From Mizuhopecten yessoensis (Eukaryota): a stretch of DNA of 64,000 nucleotides. Position numbers and translations under genes: made by a program. Positions within the stretch are counted from its first letter, which is position 1, and the number at the start of each line of letters is the position of its first letter. Below the pieces are notes generated by a model that saw only the letters and a list, made by a program, of their open reading frames with translations, was not told where the DNA came from and ran no database searches. This document shows, in pieces, positions 39,901-53,265 of this stretch. The stretch covers positions 596,955 to 660,954 of the forward strand of contig NW_018407853.1 in the NCBI RefSeq assembly GCF_002113885.1, given 5' to 3'.

Positions 39901-40248
39901 TAGATAATAGTGTATATTTATGTTTAGATTTTAGTTTATTTGATTATTAGCATGACCAAGAATGTACATTTTAATTTAAATATTGATATTTTGTGGGCAT
40001 GAAACTTTCATATCATGTTTTCAATTTCGATTTCGAGAAAAACGTTGCTGTTTTTACGTATTATTTCAGGAAGGAGACTGTGCCCTGGTGAGAGTTTGGC
40101 AAAAATGGAGCTTTTCTTATTCCTGACTTCTCTGATTCAGAACTTCCGGTTGCTGCCTGAAGACCCGACGTGTCTACCATCTTTACAGGGAATTGTGGGA
40201 ATGACTAAAACCCCTAAACCTTTTAAATTACGTGCAATTAAGTTATAG
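36944..40248 (+). CDS. Cytochrome P450, CYP2 clan, about 496 aa; exons 36944-37295, 37640-38158, 39321-39761, 40070-40248
   Basis: N-terminal anchor plus PPGPQPLPFLGN, WKETR (C-helix), AGTETT (I-helix), EVLR (K-helix), PETFCPSRF and heme motif FSVGRRLCPG. The exons sum to 1491 nt in frame. Confidence 0.95.
38240..38636. mobile_element. Palindromic non-autonomous element (Crypton-like) in P450 intron 2
   Basis: Near-perfect inverted repeat at 38485-38618 centred on GGC-AA-GCC; short inverted repeat TTTTTCTCCCA / TGGGAGAAAAA. Confidence 0.65.
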
Positions 40249-41391
40249 ATGTAGGTTTGTGATGCATTTTAAGACAAGTTGTCTATAAATACAAAGGGTT
40301 TTATTTTTTAAATATATTGGTAATGACATCAGGTCATTGTGAAAAATATCAGCCTCGTGTTCTTGAGGACTGCAACTGGACGTCTTAAAAAAACAATGTT
40401 GTTTGTACATATACAAGAATGTTGTCTGTTCAAACCGAGTGTCAAATAAGATATGAAGCGAGGAATAGATACATCCTTACTGATTTTTTCTAAAACATAT
40501 TTTTATATTTTATTTCTAAGACAGTCATATTTTTTTTTTTAAAGTTTTATTGATATCAGATGTGAAAAAGCCGGTTTATAAAGAGTTCGAAACGAAAATC
40601 TATCTCTTTGTCCCTAGTCACGTTTGTTTATATTTTGAGCAATGGGAAATATCTGTAATGAAAGATTAATTCAACTATGTTTTACAACATACATTGCAAT
40701 ATCTAAGCATTGTAATTGAAGGATGGGACATACATGTTGATAAGTAAGATAAACCCCGTTTCTATGTTCTTAAACAAGATATGTACTTGACTAAATCTAT
40801 TCATCTAAAGGAGACATGCTGTACCGTAACAGTATTTACTTTAGCGGACTCGAATTTTAGCGAATTATCAAATTTCAACAGATAAGCGCGTCGCAGAATT
40901 AGCATCACTTTAAACAAAAGCAAACTATAAACAGGAAGAAGCTCACATATGATTTAGCGCAAGATATCAAAGGTGAAATGACTAAAATTAGAATACCGCT
41001 AAAATATGTACACTGACAATAACCTAAACAGTGTTTGAAATGTAGATCCAGCCAATAGCAACTGGGGTTTCGTCGTCGATGTCTATCTCTATCTATGACG
41101 AAACCTACGTGGTGATTGGACAATGAAGATTAAGATAATACCAATTTTAACGACTGTAAGTCAATAGCTGACATACCAGTGTCCTTGTTGTATGAACCCG
41201 ATGATCCAGATCACCAGTGACCGTTAGTAATGCATGAACAAGTAAATAATGATAAAACTGAAGAAATAAGTAAAATGAAATGTTATAAAAAAAAACCATT
41301 TTAATTCATTAAAATCACAAGAATGCCAATAAGAATAAGTTTTAGTGGTCCTTCATCGTACAAATATATAAGCTTTATGCTGAAGGATGGT

Positions 41392-41600
41392 GAGCAATAT
41401 TGAATATCTATTTTTATGCTGAAGGATGGTGAGCAATATTGAATATCTAACTTTATGCTGAAGGATGGTGAGCAATATTGAATATCTATCTTTATGCTGA
41501 AGGGTGGGGAGCAATATTGAATATCAATCTTGATGCTGAAGGATGTTGAGCAATTTTAAACATATATCGTTATGCTGAAGGGTGGGATGAATATTGAATA
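41392..41600. repeat. ~39-bp tandem repeat, about 5 copies
   Basis: TTATGCTGAAGGATGGTGAGCAATATTGAATATC recurs. Confidence 0.9.
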
Positions 41601-41764
41601 AATATATCATTTTTTATTATTGTCTTCAAGTCTTTTACTTTTCTACAATTACAATACATTGACATGATATATACATACACTATGACACACACAAACACAC
41701 ACACATATCATTACAAGTAATCGTAGTTCAGCATACAATTCACCATCTTCACCATTATTTGAAC

Positions 41765-41890
41765 TCATCATCATCATCATCATCATCATCAGGCATCATC
41801 ATCATCATCATCATCATCATGCAGCAGCAGCAGCATCATTATCATCAGCATCGTGTCATACTGACACGTAATCATCTCATCATCATCATA
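41765..41890. repeat. (CAT)n/(CAG)n microsatellite
   Basis: Long TCA and CAG runs. Confidence 0.95.
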
Positions 41891-41996
41891 ATTACACTTA
41901 GTCATCCTAGTCATCACTATACTCACACCATGTCATCATGACAATCATCATTATCATGTGTCATCACCGTTACCAACATCACAATACATGTCATAA

Positions 41997-42373
41997 ACAT
42001 AAAATCTTCCCCTACCTTGAGAATGTGACAGAGAAATCTCCAACCCGAGGGTGATGTTTTTTGGTCGTCTAACCCTAGGCTCTGTGAAAACAAATCACCC
42101 CGAAGATTGGATATTTCTCTGTTACACCCGCAAGGTAGGGGATGATTTATTTTCTTCTTCCATCTTGTTATTTCAGTCACAATTCAACCGACAGTAGTCT
42201 ACCATGTTTGTAAACAAAAACACATATAAAAGGGATATGAATATCGTCGTTCACTTTTGATGACATCACAATTACCGGTGACACAATTTAATGACGTCAC
42301 AATTGAACACGTGCTAATCGGCACGAGGCTTTCTCCCCCTGGAGGGTGACAAGGTGACATTGGGTGGGATGAA
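41997..42373. mobile_element. Palindromic non-autonomous element (Crypton-like) inserted in a (CAT)n-rich tract
   Basis: Arms TCCCCTACCTTG..GTGACAGAGAAAT.TCCAA..CG.GGGTGAT and ATCACCCCG..TTGGA.ATTTCTCTGTTAC..CAAGGTAGGGGA; related to the 38.5-kb palindrome. Confidence 0.6.
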
Positions 42374-42779
42374 TCATCATCTTTACACTCAGCCATCATC
42401 CTTCTCATGATCATGTCATAATGACACTAATCACCATCATCGTTATCATCATGTCATAATGACAATCATATGCGTCAGGTATCATCACCATTACCAAAAT
42501 CGTGATCTTCGTGTCATAAATATTGTATATATATCTTAATGCTGAAGGGTGGGACAAGGCAATTAGGTCATGATAATAGAATGTGAATCTCAAACGGTTG
42601 CATATTGAAACCCATAGACGGAGTGGGACCCCGAAGCCAATCCTGGTAGCATTATAGTATTGTCTTTTTACGTTCAGCAAGTGTTATATATGATTATAGG
42701 GTGGATATATATACCGTTTCAAAGTTGTTACATTATTACATGTACTCATTTTGGCCAGTTTCCGTTTATGTCAGGGGAT

Positions 42780-43270
42780 AAGTAATTTAAAGCAATATGG
42801 CCGTCTTCTTGGAGTTCTACAAAGATCAATAGATTATATGCACTAAGAAAGTTTAAAGTTTCTAAACACATCTTTAGTTAGACCACACATTGATTATGCG
42901 ATTTATGTATGGTATCCTCTTCTCGAAAAAATATTGAAACAATAGAAAATGTTCAACCCAAGAGCAACAAAGCTGGAGCGAAGAAGATTCCATTGAGACA
43001 TGATAGAGGTTTACAAAATATTGTCCGGGAAATATGACTATCGATTATCCGACATATTTAATATCAGGGGAAATTCATCATCACGTGGACACAACTTTAA
43101 AAATTACAAATCGCATTCAAGATTATAAATTATATAAGTAAAGTTTTGTGTACAGAGAACTGTTGATTAATGAAACAATCGTCCGTCTTATGTTGTGAAT
43201 TCAAGCACAGTTTAACAATTTGAATGTAAAATGGACAAACACTGGCAAAAACAAGCTCAGAAATACAGTT
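42780..43270 (+). mobile_element. Degraded CR1-type LINE 3' fragment
   Basis: LVRPHIDYA..VWYP, IETIENVQ, RATKL, DMIEVYKIL.GKYD and RGHNFK remnants with frameshifts. Confidence 0.65.
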
Positions 43271-43414
43271 TTAAAGAAAATAGTCGAAATCTAAACGTCG
43301 CAACTTCTGAAACATGTTTTTCTTTTATTATTCTTTATTTAAGAGCTAACTGTCAAAGGATAGTAAAATCCTAATTTTATCAGAAATAAATCTTTGTATC
43401 TATGTATCATATAA

Positions 43415-43778
43415 TCCTTGATTGCACTCCTCTGAAAAGGTCGAGGATATCGGGTTTTGGGCGGGGGTGTCTTTCCCTCCATTTGCAAATCTGAAACATC
43501 TGCTGATTCTTCATCCTAAATATGGTTGATATCCATCCCATATGTCCCGAGGAAAGTTATTTAACGTTATGACGAATTTACCCCTCTTAGTCATTTTTCT
43601 CATACGGGTGGGATGAAAGGGGTCGAGATGTTCATTACCATATAATATTTCCAGTCAAATTTTGTAAATACTATTCAGGTATTCAAAGCAGAAGTATTCT
43701 AATTCTTTTTACAGACGGACGGACGGACGCTTCGGCACGGTTTTTACTCACCTTGGTTCGAAGACCCAGGTGAGCAAA
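43415..43778 (+). mobile_element. Helentron-associated non-autonomous element (HINE-like) fragment
   Basis: A (GACG)n microsatellite is followed by the terminal hairpin CTCACCT..TTCG..AGGTGAG and an A-run, the end architecture of bivalve HINE/pearl-type elements. Confidence 0.55.
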
Positions 43779-44631
43779 TAGACTCTGATATGCTTAAATA
43801 TCCACTGTTAGGTAAATATTTTAACTGCATTATTTTATTAAAGATATTGCAAATGTTTCGTATCACTTGGGTAAATATATTTACTTTAAAGAGTATGAAT
43901 TATAAATATGCATAATGCATAAAAACTCTTCCCTGTCGAAATAGATTAAAATGAGGCAAAAAACGTAAAGAAAGTAATGTAAACTGAACGAACAAAATGT
44001 GACAGACACTGTTGTATCATGTTCGTATTTTCTCAGCACGTCTATTGATGAGGTTTCAACAACAATGTAACCGGAAGTGTCGTCGGCGACACACATCTCT
44101 ACTTTTATGATACTGTTATGGATAAGAATCATAATTGATTAGTTGGTGATATTTTACGTCTTTGATCCGGTTATTATTATTATTATTGAATGCTTATAAC
44201 TCAGACTAGGACAAACAATATGAAAAACAAAGCTATCAAATGTCCTTATATTGATCCCTGGAATACGGAAATGTAAGCTCAGACGTCATGTCCGTTTTAA
44301 TGTTTCCTACTCTTTGGTTTCTTGTAGGAAAACATATCCTAAAAATCACTTGCAAGGCATAATATTTAATGAGTAAATGCATTTTATAATCATATCTGAT
44401 GCGATTTATATAACAAAGTTAATATCCCTGCTTAAGAACAAGGAAATGCATTCAGTCTATCACATTGTTAAGCTAAAAAGATTTGTATGTTAGTTAGTTT
44501 GAGCTAAGAACTGTACCTGTTACTCGTACGAAGTTACCGGCTTCCATAAGGTTAGTGTCATGTCCTCTCATAGTTTGTCATAAAAAGTTGAATACATATT
44601 AGAGTATATGGAACCGAGTCATTTACTGCCT

Positions 44632-45046
44632 TTATAAGCAGTCAAATATCGCCTTTCGAATGATGCCCGTTTCCATTTCTTCGGCTTAAATGATCACTTC
44701 CGTTGCTCCAAAACTCAGACGTCCACATACTTTCCTCCTCAGCCCTGGCTTGTACACAGGAAGTGGCAATTTGAGAGTTCCGAGTAGTCGCACATCCGGA
44801 TCTTTGATATATTTTGGAGCCTCATTCTCAGATATGTAGATTCCGATGGCTATGTACTTTTGTTTCTTGGAGACCGGGCAATGTTTAGATGTAATACAGT
44901 CCATGCAATTGACTTCAGTGCCAAGTCGAATGTAAGGCTTGAAGACACCTTTACAACAATCGACGCCATCCAAACTTACTTTCAGCTCCTGTGGATGAAC
45001 TTTCGGGTCAAACTTCGGCCAAGCTTCATATCCGTATGTGTATCGT
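44632..45046 (-). pseudogene. HSPA12 paralogue, 3' end of the last exon only
   Basis: RYTYGYEAWPKFDPKVHPQ...FGATEVII*AEEMETGIIRKAIFDCL* is co-linear with 49237-49650 and carries a premature stop. Confidence 0.9.
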
Positions 45047-45584
45047 CCCCCCATTATTTGGGTAAATATTCTAATGCTAATAGAATGAATACTTGAAAAT
45101 ATAAATATTTAATTAGATATTTGGAATGAGTTGAAAAAAATTATGTTGTGCATCTATATCAACATTTCTTCAAGGTCACTTACCTGAGCCTTAACGTAGA
45201 GTGAAAAAATAAACACGTTATTTCTAATATTCTAGAAATGTATGTCATCACCAGAAGCACTGATATTATGGTTTTATTATAAAAAAAGGATTCATATGTA
45301 TGATACATTAAGCTAAAAGCAAGCATTAATATTCCAATAAATAATTTTCCGGTTTTGAATGTACCTTTCTCGATATCTTTAAACAGTTAATTACAGAAAC
45401 CCAGCATATATCTTCTGTTGTAAATTAAATAAAAGAAATACCAGGAAATTCTCAATTATTTTATCATTATTACTATTCTAATGATGATATGTCCCAACTT
45501 TTTAGAGAGATTTTAAACTGCATGTATATTTTTTGATGTAGTTCCAGGTCATTTGAAAAAACAAACCCGGAGGCTCCAACCGCA

Positions 45585-45906
45585 ATGAATGAGTTGGTAG
45601 CCGCGATTGATTTTGGGACAACCTATTCAGGTTATGCTTTCTCCTTATTGTCAGATTATAAAGAGAACCCACTGAAGATAACTATATATTATAAGTGGAT
45701 TGGAAATGTGTCCAAGACCTCCGTAAAAAATGCTTCCTGTATCCTACTTGATCAAGACCAGAAGCTCATTGCGTTTGGTAGCGAAGCAGAAAATAGGTAC
45801 AACGACCTTGTAGAAGACTCGAAAGAGGATGATACCGATGACAAAATCTACGAGAGTTAGTACCTCTTTAAACAATTTAAAATGGCATTGCATAACTGTA
45901 GCAGGG
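45585..45906 (+). pseudogene. HSPA12 paralogue, first coding exon, inverted relative to the 3' fragment
   Basis: LVAAIDFGTTYSGYAFS...YES*YLFKQFKMALHNCSR then GTGAG; same exon boundary as 53132-52788; in-frame TAG. Confidence 0.88.
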
Positions 45907-46149
45907 TGAGTCAAACACACCAATATCAAATTAGAAAGAAAAACAAATACTAGCATTAATGACTGATTCAAATTTGAAACAGCTCCAGTCTGACGAGAAG
46001 TCTACAGCGTTTGAAAGCATTTGAATTCTAACATAGATTTAAACAAAGAGAACGGAATGGAAAAGATATTTTCCTGAAGTGTAAAACATAATTCAATATT
46101 CATGTTTCACCATTTTACCTTTCAAAAACATCTTCGTGTTATTAAAGTG

Positions 46150-47640
46150 TGAAAATAACGCTGTATTTATCTACGTATCGTTAATATGTGTGAATAACAC
46201 TGTACCGTAATACAAAGAATTGTTTGTGATTTACAAAATACAAGTGGTTAGGAAGAAACGTATATGTTTTGTTTGTCTCCTTTTTATATAGCTCTCCTTT
46301 AGTAAGGGAAGAATCCTACTCGGTTTAGTTGATGACTGTGTGTGCCTTTGTATGTAGTTTTCCCTTTTTTGTATGTCGTCAATGACGCAGATTACAAATA
46401 TCCTTAGTTACACTCTTTTCCAGTATCTCCATGACAGTTTTTCATTTCATTAGCCCTTGTTTCATTGATTGAGAGATTGAAGCACAGTTATGTTCATACT
46501 TCGGTATTGTCTTGTTTGTTTCTACTACAATATACAGTCATATCAAATGTACTAAGTTTGATATCGTGATACCTTGTAACATGCCGCGCGCAGTTTACAT
46601 AATATTTTCTGATCGCAGCAACCAGTGGTTATATTTGTCATGTATGTAGAACCAATAAGATATGGACATGGACGTGTGTACAACTATAAAGAAAATTTAC
46701 ATTTGAAGCACAGGATGTTTTTGAAAGAGTTGCACGTTCCTAATCTATAGGAGCGAATAACGCGTGTACGTCCATGTCGATTGCCCGATCAAAACACCGT
46801 TTTTGTGCGTATGAAAATGTCGTTACATCCTCCGAATAATTTATTGGATTACATTGAATCGTTAGAGCTTTATAGTTTAATATGTCCATCTTGAAGGTAA
46901 ATTATACCACATTGATTTTAATTTTATTTCAGTCTCCTAATGCTGTCCTTATTTATAGTTATCGTGACATTTTAACAAAACTTATAGAATGAAATAAAAT
47001 TCCAGAACAACATTGTGTGCAACATGACTCTCAAGATGAATGTTTCAAAACTGTTTTTATATTCGGTTCTGTTGTCTTCATTGCTTTAAAGGAACATATT
47101 TCAACATTACACTGGATAAAACAATAGAGATGGGCCCGCTGCTAGGATGTGTGTGAAATATCGTTAGCAGTCTTTTTGACGCTTTTCTTAATTATAGTTT
47201 CAATGTTGAAAAATAGAGAAAATAAAAACCCCTGATAAATAAATAATCGATGGTTCAACTGCTTAAAGTATAGCTTTATTTGACTTTGGAGTTTATTGCA
47301 TAGGATAAAAAAGAAAATGTCGAAAACCGAACATACTTTTCCTTAATCAGCAGCAGTGTCAACAAATAATAGCTCATTGCATCCACTAATAAAGCAAATA
47401 CATAAATACATAATTACAATTTCAGTTTACTTCTGTATAAATTGTAAGATAATAATGAAATGGTTTTACAGTTCTAGGTCGTCAATAACAATGACATAAA
47501 TGTAAAAGTGTGAAGGTTCTTTTTTAAAGTAAACCTCAAACTATCCTCCTTTAAACGTATTTAAATCACGCCTTGTTTTCTGTTCGCAAAATCATGATCT
47601 CAGCAAATCAGACAGCGCAAGTCGAGAGAGCGTTTGGAAT
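46150..47640 (+). repeat. ~1.45-kb non-coding segment, duplicated in direct orientation at about 62570-64000
   Basis: Co-linear from TGATTTACAAAAT.CAAGTGGT to GCAAGTCGAGAG; diverged, with indels. Confidence 0.9.
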
Positions 47641-47749
47641 ACGGTAAATTGGTTTGTTTTGGTTGAAAAGGGTAAACGTCCTATTAAAATCTAAGGTCAA
47701 TTAAGGACTTGACTCCATGGAGCGAGTTCACTTGAAACTCTAGGGTTAA

Positions 47750-49125
47750 CTCTACAGACCATAGTTTCAACAAAACGGCGAGATTTTAACTCGTTTGACC
47801 TTTGAACCCTACCCGATACCAACCCATGCTCTTCCCGAGGTTAATAGAGTTCAAAGATGGCGGCGATGGATGAGAGGATAATTGTAAGTTGAAATATTGC
47901 CTTGTTAATTGATATATCACAACAATTAAACAAAATTTAAAAATAATTCGACTCCTTAATAAGCCTATATTGGGGTTTTGTGTTGATTTGCGCTAATATC
48001 TTTGATTTCATCTGATATGAATGATAATTCTGTCTAAAGTAACTGATAAAGTTGTGTACTGAATGCTGCTGTACGGTAAGCAGTTATCAATATTTTGTTG
48101 ATGAATTATCATGTTTTAATCTTCGGAGCTAGGGCTAACGTTAAATAAAGTATTATGCATTCAATTTTCTTGATTAAACGATTGATTAAAAGATTAAAGC
48201 TTGGTAATGAATCTCCCATTCATTCATTAAGAGATAAGGTATTTAAAAGTATTCAGTCAATTTTATTTTGAAACCGTTCCTATTAGGTGTGTTTTATGGC
48301 TATTTCCAGTATAAGGGAGGGGTTGAATCAGAAATGTATAAAACCCAATGTAACGTTAGGTTCTTCGTGAAATACACTTGCATTAGGCCATTTTTATTCA
48401 TTTTGTTTGATGTAGTAACAGGCTATTTTTAACTCCCTCCATAAATCTTTGCATATTTAAACTTCTGAATATTTTTTTGGCAGATCATGAAAAACACCAA
48501 TTTTACAGAAATCAAATTAAATCAAAGTAATATATAACAGCAACAGAGAATCAGATAGGCCTAAATCGGAGGAACCTAAAGTAGGCCTAACAGCCAAAGA
48601 CACAGTATGTACCAATAATAATTTGTTGAAGAATATATCTGATGATAAATCATACATGTATATGGACAAGAACGTCGACAATATTTTCATATCGTCAGGT
48701 GAAGTCACCATTTGCTTGCCATCATTTAACTCCTCACTTTCACAAACTGATAATGCTTCCCAAGACAGTGACGACCTGTTTATATCTGGCAGCACTGGCA
48801 ATAGTCATGATTCATTTAGGTTGTCTTAGTTTCAAATTCAATTGTTTTAACTAGGGAGCAGTTTCACCAAGTTCTTGTTGAAAACCTAAAGTTTCTTTCA
48901 GATTCATGTCTGGACAGAGAAGGAAGAGAGGTTCTTCATCCAGCTGAGACTTGAAATGGACCATACATTCAACGGGAACAAGAGTCATGATCAGCTGTGG
49001 TGCAAGATATTGCAGGAGATGAACAGTGAAGGAATACATGTGATCAAAGTTCAAATAATGAACAAGTGGAAAAGTTTAAAGAAAAAATATAAGGAAATTT
49101 TAGACGAAAATAATAAAAATAAACG
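47750..49125 (+). mobile_element. Harbinger/PIF-type Myb/SANT (MADF-like) gene remnant
   Basis: LRLEMDHTFNGNKSHDQLWCKILQEM..GIHV...QIMNKWKSLKKKYKEILD (trihelix W...KW..L) at about 48944-49110, plus an upstream AAGATGGCGG start followed by a GTAAGT donor. Confidence 0.55.
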
Positions 49126-49236
49126 CATCAGTTCAATAACATATCAAGCTCCGGTAAGGTTCAAGTTCTGACATCACGGGTAGTATCCAGTCATCCAAAC
49201 ATCTGTCTGTATTGTTAGATTTAGAGTTGTTGGTCT

Positions 49237-52200
49237 TTATAAGCAGTCAAATATCGCTTTCTGTATAATCCCGGTTTCAACTTCTTTTGCTTTAATGAAC
49301 ACCTCCGTTGTTCCAAAATGAAAACGTATTTGTACTTTTCTATTCATTCCGGGTTGAAAAACCGGGAGCTTAAACTTGAGGGTTCCGAGGGATCGCACAT
49401 CCGCATCTGTGATAAATTTTGGAGACTCGCTCTCCGATATGTAAATGTTAATTGCCATGTCATTCTGTTCGTCAGATATCGGGCGATGCGTAAAAGTGGT
49501 GGAGTCATTGCAATCGATGACAGTTCCTTGTCGAATGTAAGGGTGGAAAACCTCCTTACAACATTCAATGCCATTAAAACACACTTTCTGCTGATGTGGA
49601 TGAACTTCCGGGTCAAACGTCGGCCAGGCTTCAAATCCGTATGTGTACCTTGCCACCCTAGACACAATCGCCATGGGTTTGTGGCCAAATATGACAGCGC
49701 CTTTCAAAACTGCAAGGACGGCATCTTTGGGATTCAAAATCGAAACACCTGGAAAATTGTCACGAACGGCTTTCTCGACGAGGTCGCAATCTGAAAATCC
49801 TCCGACCATTAGAATCATTTGGATCCTGCCTATTTTGTTCAACAGCTTCCTTACATGACTGGTGATTTTCTGTATTGGTTCTTCAAAAAATCCTTTCACC
49901 ACATCTACGTCTATTTTCAACTTGCCTTTCACCCACTGCACTTTATCTCCATACTCAGATTCGCTAAGAGCAACATTGAAAGGGATGTTTGAATTATCTT
50001 CAAAAGTTTCCTTGAAAGACGGAGGGAGTCTCAGAAACACTTTTCCAGTTGATTCTCCTGTAATTGTTCGTTTTTTCATTTCAAAATCTCTGCATAATTC
50101 CACGAAATCAGTCATATTTCCTCTTTTGAAGTTTTCTACTGCCTTGTCTCCGAATATTTCCATCAGAAATTTGAAGAATTCCCTGTCAACAGCTGTGCCT
50201 CCCCAGGGTCCCCCCGAGGGTTCGTGTATCTCCTTCAGCCTCCCATCCACTTGAGACTCGTGAACTGTTATGTCCGCTGTTCCTCCTAAATAATTAGACC
50301 TTAATGTCAATAATTTAATTCTTTATTCACTCTTACACATTTCATTTCAACAAATTTTATTGCGAAAAAAATGCAAAGGATAGGGCATCAGGCAAAGCCT
50401 ATATAAGCCTTCTCCTTACAACTTCGGTATGTTATATGTACATTCATTGAGATCATCAAACAAACATACAAAAAATTCGTATTTCATATAGTGTGTGTCC
50501 ATGTCCCCACCGTACCAGATATAGTTATGAGTAAACAAATATTTTAGTGTTGATAATGTACTCTGATATACATTGTAGTCCAAATGCATTGATTTTTTCA
50601 TCACATTCATGACATCCATGAAGTAATGTGTTTATATTAAAATGGCCATGGGTTATATTTTGGTTAATCAACTGATTTCTAAGTGTCAATCGAGAATTTT
50701 AAAAGGTCAAGAAAAATTCTGGCTTCATTGTTTCTAAGTTGACACATAATTGTGGTACGATACATGTTTAGCCTGCCGTCATCGAATGGTGGGAACCAAC
50801 TCTTTGGGATCTCTACTCTTTGTCGACGGTAAGGATTATCTATTGCATTTCCCACCTTTTAAGTCTATGGTTAGGAGAAAAGGTATTATTGTTCACTGGT
50901 CCTGAGCATTGAAAATATTGCTTTTTAAAATATGATAGGTCAGGTTTAAGAAGGGTGTTCATAAATGTAATTCGTACAAGGAGATTCAAAAGTGCCTTAC
51001 CTCCAAGATCAAGTATCATGTACTTTGTGCCCGCTCGCGACGACCTGAATGATTTCCTCTTCGCACCTGCTTGTGTCGATGTGCCTTCCTCAGACAATAT
51101 TACCTTGACTAATTGGCAATAAAGCGAAGCTGCTTCCGGTTCCAGTGCAAAGGACAGCTGGTCTGCTTGTATGCCACCCTATAATGTAAAATGTCTTTCT
51201 TTAGGCGTGTTAGACACTTATAAAAAAAAGTATGAAAATGAGTTAATTCACAATGTAAATCTAATCTTAGCTATTCATCCCTTAAAATTTACATTTGCAT
51301 GGCGTTGTCATTATGGAACCTACTTGAAAGCTGTGTCGTTGATGGGACTTCGATGGCATGCACCACGAGACACAATTGCTAGCCAATCAGCACGCGACAA
51401 TTCGTTGTTCCAGTTATTAAACAAATTTGTTCAGACTGTCGGTAAGGTGGATTTGTTTAATTTTAAATATAATTTTGAAGTTAAAAACCGTGAAAGGCGG
51501 AAAAACCGTTAATATAGGCATTGAACTGATGTTGTATGGCATTAATGTTCTCATTGAATAACACACCTGTGCAAACAAACATATCATAATTCGCTAGGCC
51601 GCATTATGTCGTTTGGTTGCAAAGCTGTGTCATTCAATTAGATCATAAATGCCATACAAAATGGTTCAATGCTTAAAAATCACGCCCATGCGCCTATTAA
51701 AGTAATTTGCACGGTGTTGAACATTGTCTTTACTAGATAATTGTCTTGTCCGACAAACTCTTATAATCGCTCTTAATAAAATTCACGACAGATTTCTCTG
51801 TTGTGTATCGAAATTTTATGCATCATACCTGATCGACTTTTACAGTCCTTCATGATTTGTAGTGAGTCAGGTTACTCTATTTCTACCGACACGCTATCCA
51901 TTCTGACAATGTCATTTCCGACCAAGTGATAGCCTGTCTCTTTATAAATGTAAAGTCAGGTTTTCCAGTTTCTGATTCTGATTTAAGCGACACGGTGTTG
52001 AATCAGATCACCTCATCAAGTCTCGTTTGATATCAATAAAGTCAGGCCCCTTGTACAATGTTTATACAATTTTATCCTATTTTCATTTACATGGTTTTCT
52101 TTCCCCAATAATGAGCGCGAATAATGGACTGTCAAAAATGCTGTCAATCACTCGCAAAAAGTAAAAGCCTTAAATTTAATCAACATTGAGAGATTTACAG

Positions 52201-53132
52201 TACATGATAGTAAACGAAATAGATACGGAAACTGAGAGATTTACAGTAAGTAATAAACAATCAAGGCTTACATTGATTGCAGCTTCGCGCATGAACTGCT
52301 TCGCGGAGTCGTCCCAGATGGCAGGAATTGTGATGACCCAGTGGATATCGTTTTCCTCCACACCAATACATCTCTTGTTGATAAGAGTCAGCATGTGATT
52401 CTTCATGTAACCGATAGACAGGGATATTACCAACATTGCCTGGAGCTTTTTCCCAGTTTCATCCTCTATCATCGTATTTCTAGTAAGAACCTTCGAAACA
52501 AAATTCTATACATGGTTAAATAATAACATGAGCAAAACTCCTGAGCGACAGGTGATGACCATTTTGGACGGTCAGGTTTAGCGTTTTTTAGGTTAAGCTT
52601 CATATATCATGTGTCATAATGCAATAGATGGGAAACAACCCATTGTGACAGTAAATCATTTCAACTTTAACACTTTAATCAAAGCAGCGCCTACCAGCGC
52701 AGGTTCCAAAACGCTGCCAAACGATCTAGACAACGCAGCTGATTGTGAATATTGTGCTATATTTTCCCGCTGGTATGTTTGACTTACCCCACCACAGTTG
52801 TACAGTGACATTTTGAATTGTCTGAAGTAGTAATATCTCTCGTAGGTTCTTTCACCGATATCATCATCTTCAGACTCTTCTACAATTTGGTTGTACCTAT
52901 CTTCAGCCTCGTAACCAAATCGTAACAGTTTCTTGTCCGGATCCAGTAGAACACTTGTAGCAGTTTTCACGGAGGCCAAGGAGCCCCCTGCAATCCAATT
53001 TAGATTTGTATGTATTTTCTCTGGGTCTTCCTCATACTCTGACAGGAAGGAGAAAGCATAGCCTGAATAAGTTGACCCAAAATCAATTGCAGCTACCAAC
53101 AGACGGTCTTTGCGTGGCGATTCCTGTTCCAT
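49237..53132 (-). CDS. HSPA12: Heat shock 70 kDa protein 12A/B-like, about 596 aa; exons 53132-52788, 52490-52272, 51178-51001, 50285-49237
   Basis: VAAIDFGSTYSGYAFS, WVITIPAIWDDSAKQFMREAA, LEPEAASLYC, DLGGGTADITVHE, GGPWGG and MVGGFS. The exons sum to 1791 nt in frame. Confidence 0.95.
51270..51677. mobile_element. Palindromic non-autonomous element in HSPA12 intron 2
   Basis: Imperfect ~70-bp arms: GCATTGAAC..TTGTATGGCATT..ATTGAAT..CATAAT and ATTATG..ATTCAAT..AATGCCATACAA..GTTCAATGC (about 51518-51672). Confidence 0.55.
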
Positions 53133-53265
53133 GGTTTCAGAGAGCTGAAATGACATTGCCGAAACATACGTGCTCAATGTAAAACATGCTCACCAGGAAG
53201 ATGACTTTTAAAATAAACTTTAACTTACCTATATATTTTGTTGTTTGTGCAAGACAGGTATTATA

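Noticed and set aside
41759-41941. Poly-Ser/Ile/Gln/His ORF
   Set aside because: It is the (CAT)n/(CAG)n microsatellite.
49318-50254. Plus-strand ORFs of 158, 71 and 130 aa, and similar antisense ORFs over the mucin, CYP and Tc1 regions
   Set aside because: Antisense shadows of genuine coding exons.
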